Source of the DNA: Candidatus Thorarchaeota archaeon
GTDB lineage: Archaea > Asgardarchaeota > Thorarchaeia > Thorarchaeales > Thorarchaeaceae
Direction of reading: 5' to 3'
DNA: 64,000 nt
Assembly: GCA_016933575.1 (NCBI GenBank)
Contig: JAFGAR010000151.1
Span: 64,001 to 128,000 of the forward strand
A program made the translations under genes and the position numbers. The notes under the pieces were generated by a model. That model was not told the origin of the DNA. It saw only the letters and a program-made list of their open reading frames with translations, and did no database searches. Positions 8,492-18,193 of the stretch are shown here, one piece after another. Position 1 is the stretch's first letter. Every line of letters begins with the position of its first letter.

Positions 8492-10160
8492 GCGATTTGC
8501 CGCACTCTGGACAGAATTTCGATGTTGGAGTAATTTCAGCCTTGCACTCAGGACATCGACCTACAAGTGTCGTATAGAGTGGTTCCAGGTTCTCACGGAC
8601 GCCTTCCTTTAACAGCTGCCGTGTCCATAATTCTCCAATCCCCTTTGTGAAGGATTTGACTGTTTCTGGATCTTTGAGGACGTTACCATTATCACATGCA
8701 TCTCTAAATGAGATCTTGAAAGATGGGCTATCTTTCATCTGTTTATCTACTAGTTTCTTCAGGTAACTTTCTAGAGTTGAATCAAGAGGCTGGTGCTTCA
8801 ATGGAAGTCCAAATCTGTCCTCTGGGAGTAGAACAGGAGAAAATACTACTGGTGCTCCAGTATTGTATGTTGCAACCCATGTTTTGATGTGTACGAGGGT
8901 AAGAGGTGCGAGTCCGGGGATCGAATCATTCTCTAGGGTCATTCTCTGGACAGATTGGAGTTCGTGCTTTAGGTCTTCAGCTCGTTTTTCAACAAGACTG
9001 TCCATTCTCTCAATTGCATCATTGACCTGCTTCTTGAGAGCATTGAATTCTTTCTCTTTTGCATCGCGTTCATCTTTCATATCAGCAAGTTGTTGATTGA
9101 TCTCCCTTGTTTGCTCAATTACTGAACTCTCTTCTTCCTTCATAGCTTGTTCTAGCTTCTCATCATGGTCTCCAGCACTGAGTGCTGCAGCATCCGCTAG
9201 GTCATCAATGGAATCAGTGACCTCTCTATATGTAGAAACTGTGTCATCAAGGTCTTGAACAAGGGCTCTATATTTTTGAATAGCATCCTCCAATTCAAGC
9301 TCAGAAATACTGGCTCTAGTAGTCTTGATGTCTTCCAGAATTCGATTGAAGAAACGTTCAATCTCTACAGTGTCCCGGGCAAATTGGGCGATTAATGCTC
9401 TCCGATCTTTCTGATGTTTATCTTTCAATCGATAGACCTTATCTGACATCCTGCTTTGAATCTTCTCGATTCTTAGATTTGAGGATTCTTCCTGTGTTTT
9501 GAGACGTTTATCCCATCTTGCCATCTCAGAGCTAATGACATTCTCCATGACCTTCAATTGGTCTGTCAATTTTTCTTTCGTGATCTTATGCAGTTCTTCC
9601 ATGGTTCCAAAACGTTGTTTTGCTTCTTCCATGATGCTCTGGAATTCAGAACTGATTGACAGAGCAGCTTGAGAGTCTATTTTCAATTCAAGAGTGTTCA
9701 ATTTCTCATTAGGATCAATTTCCACATATTGATTTCCATGAGCGACAAAGAGTGCAGGTTCCTGAATATTCCGAATATTGTAGACTTTTGGCTCAACTGT
9801 TTTGAGGAGTGGAAGTGCCTTATCAACTCCTGGCGGAATGTCTTCGAATCTAGCAATTTCCGTGCTCAGAATTCGACGGACTGGTCCTGTTGCAGTATCT
9901 TCACTAAGTTCGATACCGATTGCTGATTCTCCAATGGCCGACAAGACAATTGAGTTAGTGTCAGATACTTGAACAATCCAAAAGGGTATAGTGACTGGTG
10001 TCAGAAACTTAAGCTTGGCTTTACCCTTCCTATTAGACTCTGCAAGAATGAAAGCCATTGCCAATGGCACGTCTTCTTTATCAGGAACTACCTTAGTCTT
10101 CGTTGTTCGAAATAAGAAATCAAGTGCTATCTGTCTGACCATGGAAAGAATTCCTCGCAA
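8484..10160 (-). CDS. Long coiled-coil protein with C-terminal Zn ribbon
   Basis: About 250-aa heptad-rich centre; ends CPECKAEITPTSKFCPECG; alternative start ATG 10142. Confidence 0.75.
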   Translation of the reverse strand: MRGILSMVRQIALDFLFRTTKTKVVPDKEDVPLAMAFILAESNRKGKAKLKFLTPVTIPFWIVQVSDTNSIVLSAIGESAIGIELSEDTATGPVRRILSTEIARFEDIPPGVDKALPLLKTVEPKVYNIRNIQEPALFVAHGNQYVEIDPNEKLNTLELKIDSQAALSISSEFQSIMEEAKQRFGTMEELHKITKEKLTDQLKVMENVISSEMARWDKRLKTQEESSNLRIEKIQSRMSDKVYRLKDKHQKDRRALIAQFARDTVEIERFFNRILEDIKTTRASISELELEDAIQKYRALVQDLDDTVSTYREVTDSIDDLADAAALSAGDHDEKLEQAMKEEESSVIEQTREINQQLADMKDERDAKEKEFNALKKQVNDAIERMDSLVEKRAEDLKHELQSVQRMTLENDSIPGLAPLTLVHIKTWVATYNTGAPVVFSPVLLPEDRFGLPLKHQPLDSTLESYLKKLVDKQMKDSPSFKISFRDACDNGNVLKDPETVKSFTKGIGELWTRQLLKEGVRENLEPLYTTLVGRCPECKAEITPTSKFCPECGKSLK

Positions 10161-10283
10161 TTCCCGTGCAATTCGGGTTAATTATGTTTACTTGGTTGTC
10201 CTATGTAGTGTGCATAGAATTTCGAAAAGAAATATATCCCCCAATTTTGTGCGAATGCAACAATCTCATAGGACTTGATAAGT

Positions 10284-10472
10284 ATGGGAAGTTACAAAGA
10301 CAAACTTAGCAGAGCTGGTGTTCCATCTGGAGAGATCTCAATAATTGTACACAATCTTGAGAAGCTCGAAGGTGCTGGATTCCGTGGAAATATTGATGAC
10401 ATCATAACCAAACTAGGTCGTGATAGCTCATTTAGGGCAAAGTTCTCACGTGATTACCGAATTGCTATGTAA
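10284..10472 (+). CDS. Small hypothetical protein
   Basis: 62 aa from ATG 10284, followed by a terminator hairpin. Confidence 0.65.
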   Translation: MGSYKDKLSRAGVPSGEISIIVHNLEKLEGAGFRGNIDDIITKLGRDSSFRAKFSRDYRIAM

Positions 10473-10495
10473 AAACAACATGGATACAACAAGCA

Positions 10496-10545
10496 GGAGG
10501 CACTCTTTCTTCCCTTGTGGTAGTGCTTCCATCTTTTCTTTCTTG
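10496..10545 (+). terminator. Hairpin plus T-rich tract
   Basis: GGAGGCACT(10496-10504)/AGTGCTTCC(10522-10530), then TCTTTTCTTT. Confidence 0.5.
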
Positions 10546-10547
10546 AA

Positions 10548-11402
10548 TTAGAACCAATCAAGATTGTCTTCTACCTTGTCAAAGCTATCATCGATAGATT
10601 CCTCGTCAGCAAACTTTAGTGGAGCAATAATTTCTGGATCGAAACCTAACGAAATATCAAGAGCGACCTTCAAATAGTATGATACATGAATTAGCTCTCC
10701 TCGAAAAGGAAGGTGATGCATCCATTGCTCTCCAATTGAGAGTTCTTTCCATCTCTCTAAATCATTGTCGGAAAATGGGCAGTATTTCCCCACGATTATT
10801 GACTTGTGATTCAAATCATGCCAATCGCACTTGCATTTTTCTTGTTGGACAATCTCAAAACTTACTCCTTTCACACGACTTCTATCTGATACCTTGAATC
10901 TCACATCCAGTCCACTTTGCATTCCAAGAAAGTCATCATCTATTTCAACTTGAAGAGCTCCACATGTCTTCTTAAAATGTCTAGAATCGAGATTGTGTTT
11001 GATAATTGGGGGCCGTTCCTGAATGACACGGAATTCTTTCTTGCATTTTGGGTCAATTGTCCAGTTCATCTCTACTACAGCTTCCGTTGTATATTCAATT
11101 GTACCGTTGTAGCCTTGATACGAGGGCGGGATTCCTCTTGGTATCTGAACACTAAATGGAAATTCGGTGACACCGATACCAATGATACCTCTCTCTCCAA
11201 TTTTGAAAACTCGACTTATGTGGTACCTTTCATCCGTACTTTTCGTATCACCTGAACTATATTCTGTATGTTCTCTCCCCTTAACTTTCAATACAACTTT
11301 GTTACACTCTAGCAGATTATCAGTCTTGACATAGACTTTGCCAATGAGGGTTTCACCTGGGAGTACACGCTTATTCTCATATACTATCTGAACTTCTCTC
11401 AC
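10548..11402 (-). CDS. Arrestin-like protein (arrestin_N / Spo0M / Vps26 clan)
   Basis: PGETLIGKV, KVKGREHT, EFPFSVQIPRGIPPSYQGYNGTIEY; second beta-sandwich ends PFRGELIHVSYYLKV. Confidence 0.8.
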   Translation of the reverse strand: MREVQIVYENKRVLPGETLIGKVYVKTDNLLECNKVVLKVKGREHTEYSSGDTKSTDERYHISRVFKIGERGIIGIGVTEFPFSVQIPRGIPPSYQGYNGTIEYTTEAVVEMNWTIDPKCKKEFRVIQERPPIIKHNLDSRHFKKTCGALQVEIDDDFLGMQSGLDVRFKVSDRSRVKGVSFEIVQQEKCKCDWHDLNHKSIIVGKYCPFSDNDLERWKELSIGEQWMHHLPFRGELIHVSYYLKVALDISLGFDPEIIAPLKFADEESIDDSFDKVEDNLDWF

Positions 11403-11488
11403 TCTTTTCCTTCCACGTGTAAAGCTACCCCTGATGCTAAATTAGGTTTTTGCAGGTTCGATTATCCTGCTTGCTGAGGATATTCCAG

Positions 11489-12337
11489 TTAATCCTGATA
11501 CTTGCTAAGAAGAATGACTCCAACAATTCCAAAGCTGAGTCCTATCGCATAGAATAGGATGTTTGTGATGATTTGTCCAAAGATCATTATACCTCCAAGA
11601 ACAACAGCAAACATGCTGATAGTTCCTGTAATTGCATTGAACCTCGAAGCAGGATTACGTTGTAGACCTATTGATACGGTGTAGATTGCTGCGATAGCTG
11701 TGAAGATGCCCATTAAAATGAGCGGCAAGAGTGCGCTAATGAAACCCTGAATGATATCCGCGCCTCCGAATAGCTCCAAGGTGAACCATTGAGTGAACTG
11801 AGAGGCTAGTGCCTGGAAGAATGATGTGATGGGAGCCCAAAGGATGGCAATCTTACTCGTTCCTCCAGCCATGACCCCAATTCCAACTAGCATGGTTGCA
11901 GAGTAAAGCAGGATTCCCGTGTACTCTGTGAACATCATGGGCTCAGTCACGCCTCCAAATGCAATGAAGACTGGAGTCATAATCATCAGGATGATACCCA
12001 CTGCAGCTGGAGTATCTAGTTTCTCACCAAGACGACGATTTGAGAAGAATACAAGAGCAATCAATCCTACATTCATGAGGGGTTGAATCACTACAATACC
12101 AGCGAGTTGTGTAGCAAGCATATAGGTCAATCCACCAACCAGTGCCATGGCAAACCCTGCGACCCAGCGTGGTTTTGAGAAGAGCTTTCTTGTTTGCTTC
12201 AGTGGGTTTTTTGCATCAATTTCTTCAATCTCTGCTAATGCTTCCTTCTGGATGATTGGAGCGATGTTCCAGAGAAGAGATGTTATTAGCGCAAGGATGA
12301 TACCAAGCACATCATTAGTAAGACCTAGAATCTGCAT
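11489..12337 (-). CDS. DMT-superfamily transporter (EamA/NIPA-like)
   Basis: About 9 TM; PRWVAGF...AGIVVIQPL...LGEKL. Confidence 0.75.
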   Translation of the reverse strand: MQILGLTNDVLGIILALITSLLWNIAPIIQKEALAEIEEIDAKNPLKQTRKLFSKPRWVAGFAMALVGGLTYMLATQLAGIVVIQPLMNVGLIALVFFSNRRLGEKLDTPAAVGIILMIMTPVFIAFGGVTEPMMFTEYTGILLYSATMLVGIGVMAGGTSKIAILWAPITSFFQALASQFTQWFTLELFGGADIIQGFISALLPLILMGIFTAIAAIYTVSIGLQRNPASRFNAITGTISMFAVVLGGIMIFGQIITNILFYAIGLSFGIVGVILLSKYQD

Positions 12338-12552
12338 CGTGAATCACTTGCGTTCATTGCAGGTCCCTAATAAGGAATATCATGGGTCTCCTTCTAGTGT
12401 TTTCTATGAAGAAGATCTAAGGGAAGGATCGTAGCTATTCGTGAGCTTAAGGACAGCGAGCTGCTTGAAGTGGAGGTGATTGTTGAGTACTAATGTAATC
12501 TACAAAAAGAATAAGCTATGTGAGAAAGGGTAAAACTACCTTTCTATGACAC

Positions 12553-13248
12553 CTAAAGCAGAGCTTGGTTTACTGGTTCAGTTCTACCGGAAACAAAGAG
12601 AGTTGGAATTTTTTCTATTCTTGTGATTCCAAGTCCTCCAAGGAATGGTTCTCGATCATCAAAGGTCAAAGGTCGATTAAAGAAGATACGTTTGGCAGCC
12701 ATGAGTGAGAGATCGTGAGTTATATGAACGTGTAATTGTGGTTCATCCAAAGAGAGAAAGCGTTTCAATGTGTCATCTATCAATCTCGTCTTGAATTCAG
12801 TGAATGGTTCGATACCTTCGAATTCTCCATCTGCCCATCTATTGATGAACTCAGTCACATTTTCACCATTTGGTTGTAAGTTTTTCCATACATCTTGTTC
12901 CGTATATTCAGGCCTCACGAGGGTTGGAAGAGGGTCCATGTCAATGATCTCTCCCCCCTGTTCCGAGAATCCTTGAGCTATGGCTTCTGCAGTTTCGTAG
13001 CATCTTGGAACGATGCTGAAAAATATATGTGCTCTTTTCGAGGTTGGCAGTCTCTTTCCGATCTCAAACGAGAGTGTCTTTCCAAGATCCGTCAATCCTC
13101 CCCCAAGCATATCTTTCTGGCTCTTCAAGATGTCTCTATGTGAGTGTCTGATTAGTATCATGATTGGCTGTTTTGAATCCTGTATTGAGACCCAATCTAG
13201 AAGATTCCTTGCATTGATTGTCCAGTCCTCTCTCTCTAACTCGTTCAT
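12553..13248 (-). CDS. Histidine phosphatase family protein
   Basis: IRHSHR, LTDLG, SIVPRCYETA, ITHD. Confidence 0.8.
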   Translation of the reverse strand: MNELEREDWTINARNLLDWVSIQDSKQPIMILIRHSHRDILKSQKDMLGGGLTDLGKTLSFEIGKRLPTSKRAHIFFSIVPRCYETAEAIAQGFSEQGGEIIDMDPLPTLVRPEYTEQDVWKNLQPNGENVTEFINRWADGEFEGIEPFTEFKTRLIDDTLKRFLSLDEPQLHVHITHDLSLMAAKRIFFNRPLTFDDREPFLGGLGITRIEKIPTLFVSGRTEPVNQALL

Positions 13249-13385
13249 CGATTCTATTCGAAATACTATCCATCATATAGGTTTCCCTAATTTTGCTTCC
13301 ACCAGTTCTTGGAAAACCTATTATTCGTTCACGAGAACCCTCGAATAGGAATTCATTGGTGGATTCAAATTCGTTTCATTAGGGC

Positions 13386-15686
13386 GTGTATGAAGCTATG
13401 GTTCGTGGAACAACAGAGCAGATAATGAATCGCATTGAAAGTCATATTATCAACCTTCGAATGGTTGCAATTGATGAGACTGATTTTGTCTATGAACAAG
13501 CACTAACCACTGTTTTCAAAGAAAACTATAATGCTAAACAAGACTTCAAACAACTTGAAACACGAATCAGTAAAGGAGCTGAAGAACTAAGAGAACGCCT
13601 CTTTCAACTTGATGACGAGCGATCATACCAGAGTCGTTCTGCCTGGTTACGAATCCGTCGAATGCGTCGGAAACAGATGTTAGCAGCTGGCGAATTGACT
13701 ATTGAAAAAGCATCAACCATTGACATTCCTGCCAATATTAAGCACACAATAAAGAGCGGTTCCAAGTCTGGCATATTATCAATTCTTGAATCTCTGCCAC
13801 TTGGCGAGTCATTACCAACAGTGAAATCAATTCATTCTGAAGATGCAAGACTTGGTGAGGTAGAAGATTCTACAGCCTTATCCAATGTCCCTACTACTGA
13901 GATACTCGAAACCTCAGTTTCAAAGGATGTATTTGTTTTTGCTAGTTTAGACATGGTTGGCAATCGATTCATCTATCGACTTACTATCAAGAGCTGTCTT
14001 GAATCGGTAGTCACGGATATCACATCAACAATTGTAGCATATCCCAAAGATTGCCTCCACATATCTTCAGACTATGTAAAAGTCCAACCCCGGCTCGAAG
14101 TGGGCGGTTTCGTTACAGAATCTTTTGTCTTTACACCAACGAAAGACTGTGTCGAAGGAAATATCGTTGCAGTTGTATCTTATATTGACCACGAAGATGA
14201 AGTCCACACAGTCCATGTGAGTCCATATGTCATACGGTCAGTATGCGATCTCCTACAACCCTACGAGTCTTCGCTTGATGAATATCAGGATGTATTTCGT
14301 GGTCTGGTGGGTGGTGGGGATAAGATCAATCTCCGTTGGAATGCATCCGTTGTTTTGGACAAGGCCAAGACTGTCTTACCTCTAATGAATTTCTACCTGC
14401 TTGATGTTCAGAGAGATATTACTGGTGAACAAATTTATGGACAGATTCGGGGATTTGCGCTTGGCAAATACACAGAGAAGAGGGTTGCTGTACTAATCAA
14501 GGTCACGGGCAAAGTTGATGCTGACGAATCAATCGCTGAAGTAGAAATCTCTGGTGATGATGATGCTATGTTTCCAACCACTATTGGAGAGATAGCTGAC
14601 AAGATTGATGCGTGGATCTGTTTCCAATGCGGCGCACGACTCAATCCCGACCAAGTAATGGAAATAGAGGCTGGAGGTGTGTTGAAATGTCGCTATTGCT
14701 CACATACTCTTACTCTTGATCTCTATTGTCGAAGTGATGCGAAACCTCGTCCTCGTTCAATCTCAGGGTCTTCTGTAATGGGTTTTGAAGGCGCAACAAC
14801 AGAAATTCCAGATACTGCTCCAACTTCTACAAGTACACACACAAGAATGACCTTTGAGAGTGCTACAGTGATACGTGGAATCTCAGTAATGCGAGGATGT
14901 GAACTTGTAGGTGGAAAGTTTGAGTATAAAGTGAAGGTCAAGAATGAGAGTCTTTCTGTCATTACTAACGTGGCTGTGACAATAGTTGCCTACCCACGCG
15001 ATTGTCTTACACTTTTAGGTCCTGCTGCTAAAGTACTATCCCGAATTGAGATTAATGGATTCCGTTCACCGGGATTTACATTTATTCCGACTAAGGACTG
15101 TGTGAGAGGGTGTATTGTTGCTGCTGTAACATTCATTGATTACCAGGACAGGACCCATACAATTCATGCGAAACCCTACACTATCCGTTCAGTCTGTGAC
15201 CTACTTAGACCTGTGAAATCAACTCCAGAGCAGTTTGACCTATCACTGCAAACGTTTGATGGTTCGAGTGAGGAATATGAATTGGACTGGAATCCTGCAG
15301 TTCTCTTCCGTCGTGCTGAGCATTACTTACCGTCACGCAATTTCTATACAATTGATACGCGTGTAGAAACAAATGATGGTATCTTCAAAGGAACAATTCG
15401 TGGATACGCTGAAGGCAAGTACACACAGAGCAAAGTCGCTGTTGAGATCTCTATTGAGGGAAATGAGAATGAGAATCACTCATTTGTTAGAGTGGCATCT
15501 TTTGGAACTGACAGAGCTATGTTACCAATTACGCTTGAGGATTTGAAGAAAGGAATAGGATCTTGGGTGTGTCTCAGTTGTGGTGCTGCATTAACCCCTG
15601 AACAAGTCGAACGAATTAAGAAGAATGAAGTTGTGCAGTGCAGATACTGTGGGAATTCACTCAGCCTAAAGTTATATCGTAAGTAA
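13386..15686 (+). CDS. Protein with two repeats of [beta-sandwich + alpha/beta platform + Zn ribbon], adaptin/COP appendage-like
   Basis: Clear internal duplication (TIVAYP.DCL, PTKDCV.G, IRSVCDLL.P, GKYT..[RK]VAV, W.C..CGA.L, CRYC); the fold assignment is inference. Confidence 0.65.
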   Translation: MYEAMVRGTTEQIMNRIESHIINLRMVAIDETDFVYEQALTTVFKENYNAKQDFKQLETRISKGAEELRERLFQLDDERSYQSRSAWLRIRRMRRKQMLAAGELTIEKASTIDIPANIKHTIKSGSKSGILSILESLPLGESLPTVKSIHSEDARLGEVEDSTALSNVPTTEILETSVSKDVFVFASLDMVGNRFIYRLTIKSCLESVVTDITSTIVAYPKDCLHISSDYVKVQPRLEVGGFVTESFVFTPTKDCVEGNIVAVVSYIDHEDEVHTVHVSPYVIRSVCDLLQPYESSLDEYQDVFRGLVGGGDKINLRWNASVVLDKAKTVLPLMNFYLLDVQRDITGEQIYGQIRGFALGKYTEKRVAVLIKVTGKVDADESIAEVEISGDDDAMFPTTIGEIADKIDAWICFQCGARLNPDQVMEIEAGGVLKCRYCSHTLTLDLYCRSDAKPRPRSISGSSVMGFEGATTEIPDTAPTSTSTHTRMTFESATVIRGISVMRGCELVGGKFEYKVKVKNESLSVITNVAVTIVAYPRDCLTLLGPAAKVLSRIEINGFRSPGFTFIPTKDCVRGCIVAAVTFIDYQDRTHTIHAKPYTIRSVCDLLRPVKSTPEQFDLSLQTFDGSSEEYELDWNPAVLFRRAEHYLPSRNFYTIDTRVETNDGIFKGTIRGYAEGKYTQSKVAVEISIEGNENENHSFVRVASFGTDRAMLPITLEDLKKGIGSWVCLSCGAALTPEQVERIKKNEVVQCRYCGNSLSLKLYRK

Positions 15687-15699
15687 CTAAGCAAAGACT

Positions 15700-15930
15700 C
15701 TACTTGCTATTTCCTAAATAGTTGCGAAACTGAACTGAATATCCTTCATCATCGATATTGATCTTTGCTTCTAATTTGAAAGCTTCACAGAAGCGCATCG
15801 CCTGAGTAACATCTTCATACTTGTCGGTCTTATCTAAAAGAGTGGCCCACTCGTTCTTCATATGACCTATTGCATTATCCACTGCTTGAATCTTTCTTCT
15901 ACAATATCCATCAGGACAATCGAAAGTCAC
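15700..15930 (-). CDS. Small hypothetical protein
   Basis: 76-aa ORF filling the gap between genes. Confidence 0.45.
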   Translation of the reverse strand: MTFDCPDGYCRRKIQAVDNAIGHMKNEWATLLDKTDKYEDVTQAMRFCEAFKLEAKINIDDEGYSVQFRNYLGNSK

Positions 15931-16017
15931 TTGTCTTCGCGCTCCAATGCAATTGAATCTCCCGGCAGATTCGTGCGCGCGATTTTCGATTCCAATATAG
16001 TGGTTTCGGTTTGTAAC

Positions 16018-17991
16018 TTATTGCTTCCTCATTCGTCTATCTTCTAGAACCTTTGCAATGATCCATGCCGGTAGTAATGCAAGTGTTGCAATGAGTCCAA
16101 TGTTGATTGAGCAGAAACCATTCAGACACAGATCAAGGGCGAAAATCCCCATCACAAGAGGTCCTAACAGGATATCAATCAAAATTAACGTGTCTATTTT
16201 TTGCAACTCACGAATAATGATTACCTTTCTTTTGTACACGATTTGAAGCAGAAGGTATCCAATTGGTAGCCAATAGAGAACTGCTAGGAGTATTATATTC
16301 GGAAGTAGATATACATTAGGAGCAATATTTGCCGAGCCTCCCATAGAATCCCAGAGCGTTGTTAGTATTGGTACGAAAATATTCCCATAGATTGTCGTTT
16401 CTGGATTTGCTCCTGTAAGGAAGGAGTAACTTATCCACGGAGTAAAAACACTGATCAAGATTACACTGAGTGGAAGGAGGCTTGGTTGAATGTATGGATC
16501 TCTCCATCCACGGTTCTCGTAGATTGCCAGAAGAACAATTCCGATGATTCCAATCAAAGCTACAATGGCAATCACGAAACCAAGATCAAAGATAAATCCC
16601 ATCGCCGCAAATACAGGAAACACAACAGATGCATCAATGTTCGAGTCATTTGCCTTTGATACCACTGAAACAAACTGATTTTGTTGGGAATAGGTTAAAT
16701 GTGCATCATCGATATTTCGATAGTCATACTGCAGTTGTTTTACTTTTAGATTGAAAGTTGCTAGTGGCGGTAAGTACAGAAACTCGCTCTCTGTAAATGG
16801 ATAGTCGACATAGTAGAACTCTGTTGAATTGGCAGCATCAATCTCTATTCTGGTATATGCGAAATTCGGTGTGAGTATCATTGACAGACGAGTTACAAGT
16901 ATCTTGATCTGAACAGATAGTGCTTGATTTGAGGTGACTGTGATAGTAATGTTAATTCCTGATGTGAGAGCATCCAATCCTGAGGATGAATCCATCTTCA
17001 CCCAGCCAGCGAAGCCGCTATAAGTCCCCTCTCGCAGGTAAAATGTCTGATTAGTTTCACGAACCAACAGAAGAGATGCATCACTCTCATTTCCGGTGTC
17101 TGTTAGCCTCAGAGCTGGAAGATAGTAATAGCTACTCATTGTTGTTGCGCCTGTCCATCTCTCTCGAATGAGACCTCCCACCTTGTTTGTGTATTGATTT
17201 GAAAACAGACTTGCACCATCTTGCGCCTGGATATCAAATGAAACGGGATAGAGATCCTCTCTGGAATTAGCTATTACTGAGACCTCTCCAATGATGACCT
17301 CTGCAGGCACTTCTGAGAATATTGTGATGCCTATCGCACTCTCAGCAAAACTTCCTGTTGTTAAGGTGTTTATCACACTCCTGCTTGGTGACAACACCAA
17401 TCTTTGGTCATCGCCTGCTTCCATCTGTCTACTTGTTTGAGTCATCTCTGACCATTCAAAGGAGGATGAGTCTTTGAATCTCACACGAAGAGTTACAGCA
17501 ACATCGCCGCTGAGTACATTGATTGAAACTGAAAATTGAACATCAGAATAGTTCATCACAGGAAAACTAGGTCTTCCTCTGAAAAAAGCCTCAGAATCAA
17601 AATAGTTATCCTGGAACTTATGGTATCCAGCAAGGTTCAAACGTACACCTTTCTCCTCGCGCTGAACCGACTTCACGCCCCAGTGATCAAGATTGGTCTG
17701 ATAATGAGCATTTTCTAACATCCAATCTGCACTACTATCAAGAACATATCCACTGTAAATCGTGACATTTCTCACAGGTGCTTGAGTTGAAGTGGTGATT
17801 GAGTATCCAGGTGTTCCAGAGATTGCTGCAGTTTCAGTGACCTGAAAATCTGGGGTCGTCTGACCTATAGCTGTTGATATCAATGGAGGTACAACAAAAA
17901 ATACGAGAACTAGTATGCCAAGTATGTACATCCGAGTTCGATGGTCAATCCTCATGATTAGTTCGGTTGATGTGATTTCTTTAGGTAACAA
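16018..17991 (-). CDS. Membrane protein with a large extracellular beta-rich domain and about 5 C-terminal TM helices
   Basis: N-terminal signal/TM segment, S/T-rich ectodomain, C-terminal hydrophobic helices; true start probably slightly downstream. Confidence 0.7.
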   Translation of the reverse strand: MLPKEITSTELIMRIDHRTRMYILGILVLVFFVVPPLISTAIGQTTPDFQVTETAAISGTPGYSITTSTQAPVRNVTIYSGYVLDSSADWMLENAHYQTNLDHWGVKSVQREEKGVRLNLAGYHKFQDNYFDSEAFFRGRPSFPVMNYSDVQFSVSINVLSGDVAVTLRVRFKDSSSFEWSEMTQTSRQMEAGDDQRLVLSPSRSVINTLTTGSFAESAIGITIFSEVPAEVIIGEVSVIANSREDLYPVSFDIQAQDGASLFSNQYTNKVGGLIRERWTGATTMSSYYYLPALRLTDTGNESDASLLLVRETNQTFYLREGTYSGFAGWVKMDSSSGLDALTSGINITITVTSNQALSVQIKILVTRLSMILTPNFAYTRIEIDAANSTEFYYVDYPFTESEFLYLPPLATFNLKVKQLQYDYRNIDDAHLTYSQQNQFVSVVSKANDSNIDASVVFPVFAAMGFIFDLGFVIAIVALIGIIGIVLLAIYENRGWRDPYIQPSLLPLSVILISVFTPWISYSFLTGANPETTIYGNIFVPILTTLWDSMGGSANIAPNVYLLPNIILLAVLYWLPIGYLLLQIVYKRKVIIIRELQKIDTLILIDILLGPLVMGIFALDLCLNGFCSINIGLIATLALLPAWIIAKVLEDRRMRKQ

Positions 17992-18193
17992 AAGGATTGT
18001 GAATTGCGTACTTTACTGCTTCTATCTTTTTGATAATATTCTAGGTTCATAGCTCTGTTGATAGTTTCCATTCAAGTTTTCATAACAAGATATCTAGTTT
18101 GCAATTCTTGAAAATATCCCGGAGAAGAAGCATATAAAAAGATTCAGCTCAAATTTTGAGATACGATTCTTCGTAATTGTTGGGTCTGTAAAA

